This document shows positions 47,928 through 49,845 of a stretch of 49,845 bases of DNA, in pieces. The DNA lies in the NCBI GenBank assembly GCA_021777675.1, contig JAJYDG010000003.1, positions 1 through 49,845 on the forward strand. Direction: 5' to 3'. The notes beneath the pieces are model-generated. The model searched no databases. It saw only the letters and a program-made list of their open reading frames with translations, and was not told the DNA's origin. Numbering within the stretch: the stretch's first letter is position 1; every line of letters starts with the position of its first letter. This stretch comes from a bacterium. Lineage in GTDB: Bacteria; Patescibacteriota; Minisyncoccia; Moranbacterales; UBA2206. The position numbers were made by a program, and so were the translations under genes.

Positions 47928-49845
47928 ATGGATTTTCCAAAAAATCAGAAAAAAGAAATTCAACTTTTTTTGTTTTTCCGTCGAGCCTTTCTTCTTCTTA
48001 TCATAATCTTTTTGGCAACCCTGATTGGAAACTTGCCGGAAAAATATCGCCTAGCCAATGCCTATCAAAACTGGCAAAATCAAAAAGCGCGTCAAACTTC
48101 CGGTGCGCAATTTTCCGCCTCGCTAAATGGCATGGCAATGGTGGCGGGGGAGAGTCAAACCAAAAATAACTCCCCTTTAGTATTGGCTGCCACCAATAGT
48201 ACCGTTTCCAACAATATTCAAGCCACCATCAATTCCAACACTAAAACCATCCAATTGGTAGGTACGCTTGCGGATGTTAATGGCAAGATGGTAAATGGCA
48301 CCTATTCCATCCGTTTTGCCATCTATGATACCGATCGAACCACAGTCGATCCCTATCCTTCCGATACCGACAAAAATCAAAGAATTTGGGAAGAAACACA
48401 AAATGTGGACATCAAAAGCGGAGTGTTCAATGTCGATTTGGGAAAAGTAAATAATTTGCCAACAACGCTTGCCAAAACAAACACTCAATTCTATTTGGCA
48501 ATGCGAGTGGAAAATGACAGTGAGATGGTGCCCCGAAAAAAAATCGCACCTTCTTTTTTCGCCCTTAATTCCGAAAACGCCATCACCCTAAACGGCAAAA
48601 AAATCGGCAACCAATCCGGTGATATTCCCATCCTCAATCAAAGCGGACAAATTGATATTCAAAATTTGCCTATTGGCACAAATAGCAATCAACTAGTAGT
48701 TGGCAACGATAAAAGATTTACTCTCAGTGCTAGCGGACAAAAATATTTCACCATTTCCGGGCAACAATTCAAATTGAATAAAATTGATTTAGGTTCCGAT
48801 ATTCAAGGCACACTGGGTGTCGCTCAAGGCGGAACGGGACTAACCAATTTTTCCCCAGGGGATTTATTGTATGCCTCGGGAACAGACACCTTATCCAAAC
48901 TGGCTATCGGCGCAGCTGGTCAAGTACTCGCCGTTAATGACAATGGAACATTAAATTGGAAAACACTAATCGGTAACGGAACCGAAACCGATCCTCGCTT
49001 GCCACTTGCAGGAACAAGCGGCAATCTTTTGCAATCCGATGGCAGCGTTTGGACCAGTTGGACACCAAACTATCTGACAAGCTACACCGAAACCGATCCG
49101 ACAATCTACGCTTGGGCGAAAAATTCCACCAAGCCAACCTATACCGCAACGGAAGTGGGCTTGGGAAATGTTACCAATGAAAGCAAGGTTACAATGTTTT
49201 CCAATCCCACTTTCACCGGCACAGTCTCCGGCATCACCGCCGCAATGGTCGGACTGGGCAATGTGCCCAATCTCACTTTTTCCGGATCCAATACCGGTGA
49301 TGAAACTCAAACTTCCATCAAAACCAAACTAGGTTTTGCCACTTCAACATCAGACGGCTACCTGACACAAGCAGATTGGAATATATTCAATGGAAAACAA
49401 AACAATTTAGGCTTCACACCTTACGATTCCACCAATCCGGCCGGATATATTTCAACTTACAATGAAACCGATCCGATTTTTCTCGCCAGTCAAGCTCACA
49501 ATATCACCGCCGCTCATCTTATAATCCTTAGCAACACCAGTGGCATTAACACGGGAGATAATGCGCCAAATACGCTCTACTCCGGCTTAGCGACAAGCAA
49601 ACAGGATGCCCTAAATGGCACCGGTTTTGTCAAAATCAGTGGTACAACCATAACCTATGACAACTCCAGTTATGTAACCGGAACACCGTGGACTGGTATG
49701 GGATATTTAACAAGCTATACCGAAACCGATCCTCGCTTGCCACTTGCAGGAACAAGCGGCAATCTTTTGCAATCCGATGGCAGCGTTTGGACCAGTTGGA
49801 CACCAAACTATCTGACAAGCTACACCGAAACCGATCCGACAATCT
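47928..49845 (+). CDS. Large exported phage-tail-fibre-like repeat protein (partial, at least 639 aa, runs off the window)
   Basis: Hand translation from ATG 47928 (MDFPKNQKKEIQLFLFFRRAFLLLIIIFLATLIG...) is stop-free to the window end; N-terminal TM; GTL.D.NG...NGTYSIRFAIYD...WEETQ.V.IKSGVFNV.LG domain; then LGVAQGGTG, ETDP x5, VGLGNV x2 motifs. Confidence 0.85.
   Translation, partial: MDFPKNQKKEIQLFLFFRRAFLLLIIIFLATLIGNLPEKYRLANAYQNWQNQKARQTSGAQFSASLNGMAMVAGESQTKNNSPLVLAATNSTVSNNIQATINSNTKTIQLVGTLADVNGKMVNGTYSIRFAIYDTDRTTVDPYPSDTDKNQRIWEETQNVDIKSGVFNVDLGKVNNLPTTLAKTNTQFYLAMRVENDSEMVPRKKIAPSFFALNSENAITLNGKKIGNQSGDIPILNQSGQIDIQNLPIGTNSNQLVVGNDKRFTLSASGQKYFTISGQQFKLNKIDLGSDIQGTLGVAQGGTGLTNFSPGDLLYASGTDTLSKLAIGAAGQVLAVNDNGTLNWKTLIGNGTETDPRLPLAGTSGNLLQSDGSVWTSWTPNYLTSYTETDPTIYAWAKNSTKPTYTATEVGLGNVTNESKVTMFSNPTFTGTVSGITAAMVGLGNVPNLTFSGSNTGDETQTSIKTKLGFATSTSDGYLTQADWNIFNGKQNNLGFTPYDSTNPAGYISTYNETDPIFLASQAHNITAAHLIILSNTSGINTGDNAPNTLYSGLATSKQDALNGTGFVKISGTTITYDNSSYVTGTPWTGMGYLTSYTETDPRLPLAGTSGNLLQSDGSVWTSWTPNYLTSYTETDPTI
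48981..49845 (+). repeat. Exact in-frame direct repeat of at least 127 bp (48981-49107 = 49719-49845), period 738 bp
   Basis: ACCGAAACCGATCCTCGCTTGCCACTTGCAGG...GATCCGACAATCT occurs twice; the second copy is cut by the window end. Confidence 0.95.

Noticed and set aside
48177-49842. Minus-strand ORFs (48177-48488, 48934-49149, 48966-49310, 49636-49842)
   Set aside because: Shadows of the long + strand fibre ORF; their similarity to each other comes from the 127-bp repeat
48981-49845. Direct repeat as a DGR template/variable pair or CRISPR array
   Set aside because: Copies are identical with no adenine-specific mismatches, both are in frame in one CDS, no reverse transcriptase or cas gene is in the window, and there is no repeat-spacer periodicity

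Overview
AT-rich bacterial chromosomal segment with almost all genes on the + strand. TGA is used as a stop codon (standard code), start codons sit in A-rich contexts with few Shine-Dalgarno sites, and tRNAs lack an encoded CCA. Gene content and style suggest a Patescibacteria/CPR (Parcubacteria-like) genome; this is inference. In order: khpA and a terminator; an accessory/defence region (radC, a Phd/YefM-HsdR-N fusion with its own operator palindrome, a type IC-like hsdM-[AlbA_2/Schlafen]-hsdS-rhuM-hsdR locus, a decayed [FeFe]-hydrogenase-like Fe-S protein, and a SET protein plus cation/H+ antiporter flanked by dif-like sites); tRNA-Pro(GGG); esterase and GT4; recG; tRNA-Arg(GCG); a two-component pair coupled to type IV pilus genes; a MacB-type ABC system; a Wzy_C-TPR protein; prsW/tsaD; an HD protein; a complete F0F1 ATP synthase operon; CIRCE-groL; a candidate ~110-nt structured ncRNA with its own promoter and terminator; galU; glyA; and the start of a large phage-tail-fibre-like protein that runs off the window end and is missing from the ORF track. 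The strongest novelty candidates are the Phd-HsdR-N/Schlafen-laden RM locus, the ncRNA between groL and galU, the inverted dif-like module, and the repeat-built fibre protein. All family assignments come from motif recognition by eye; no database search was run.
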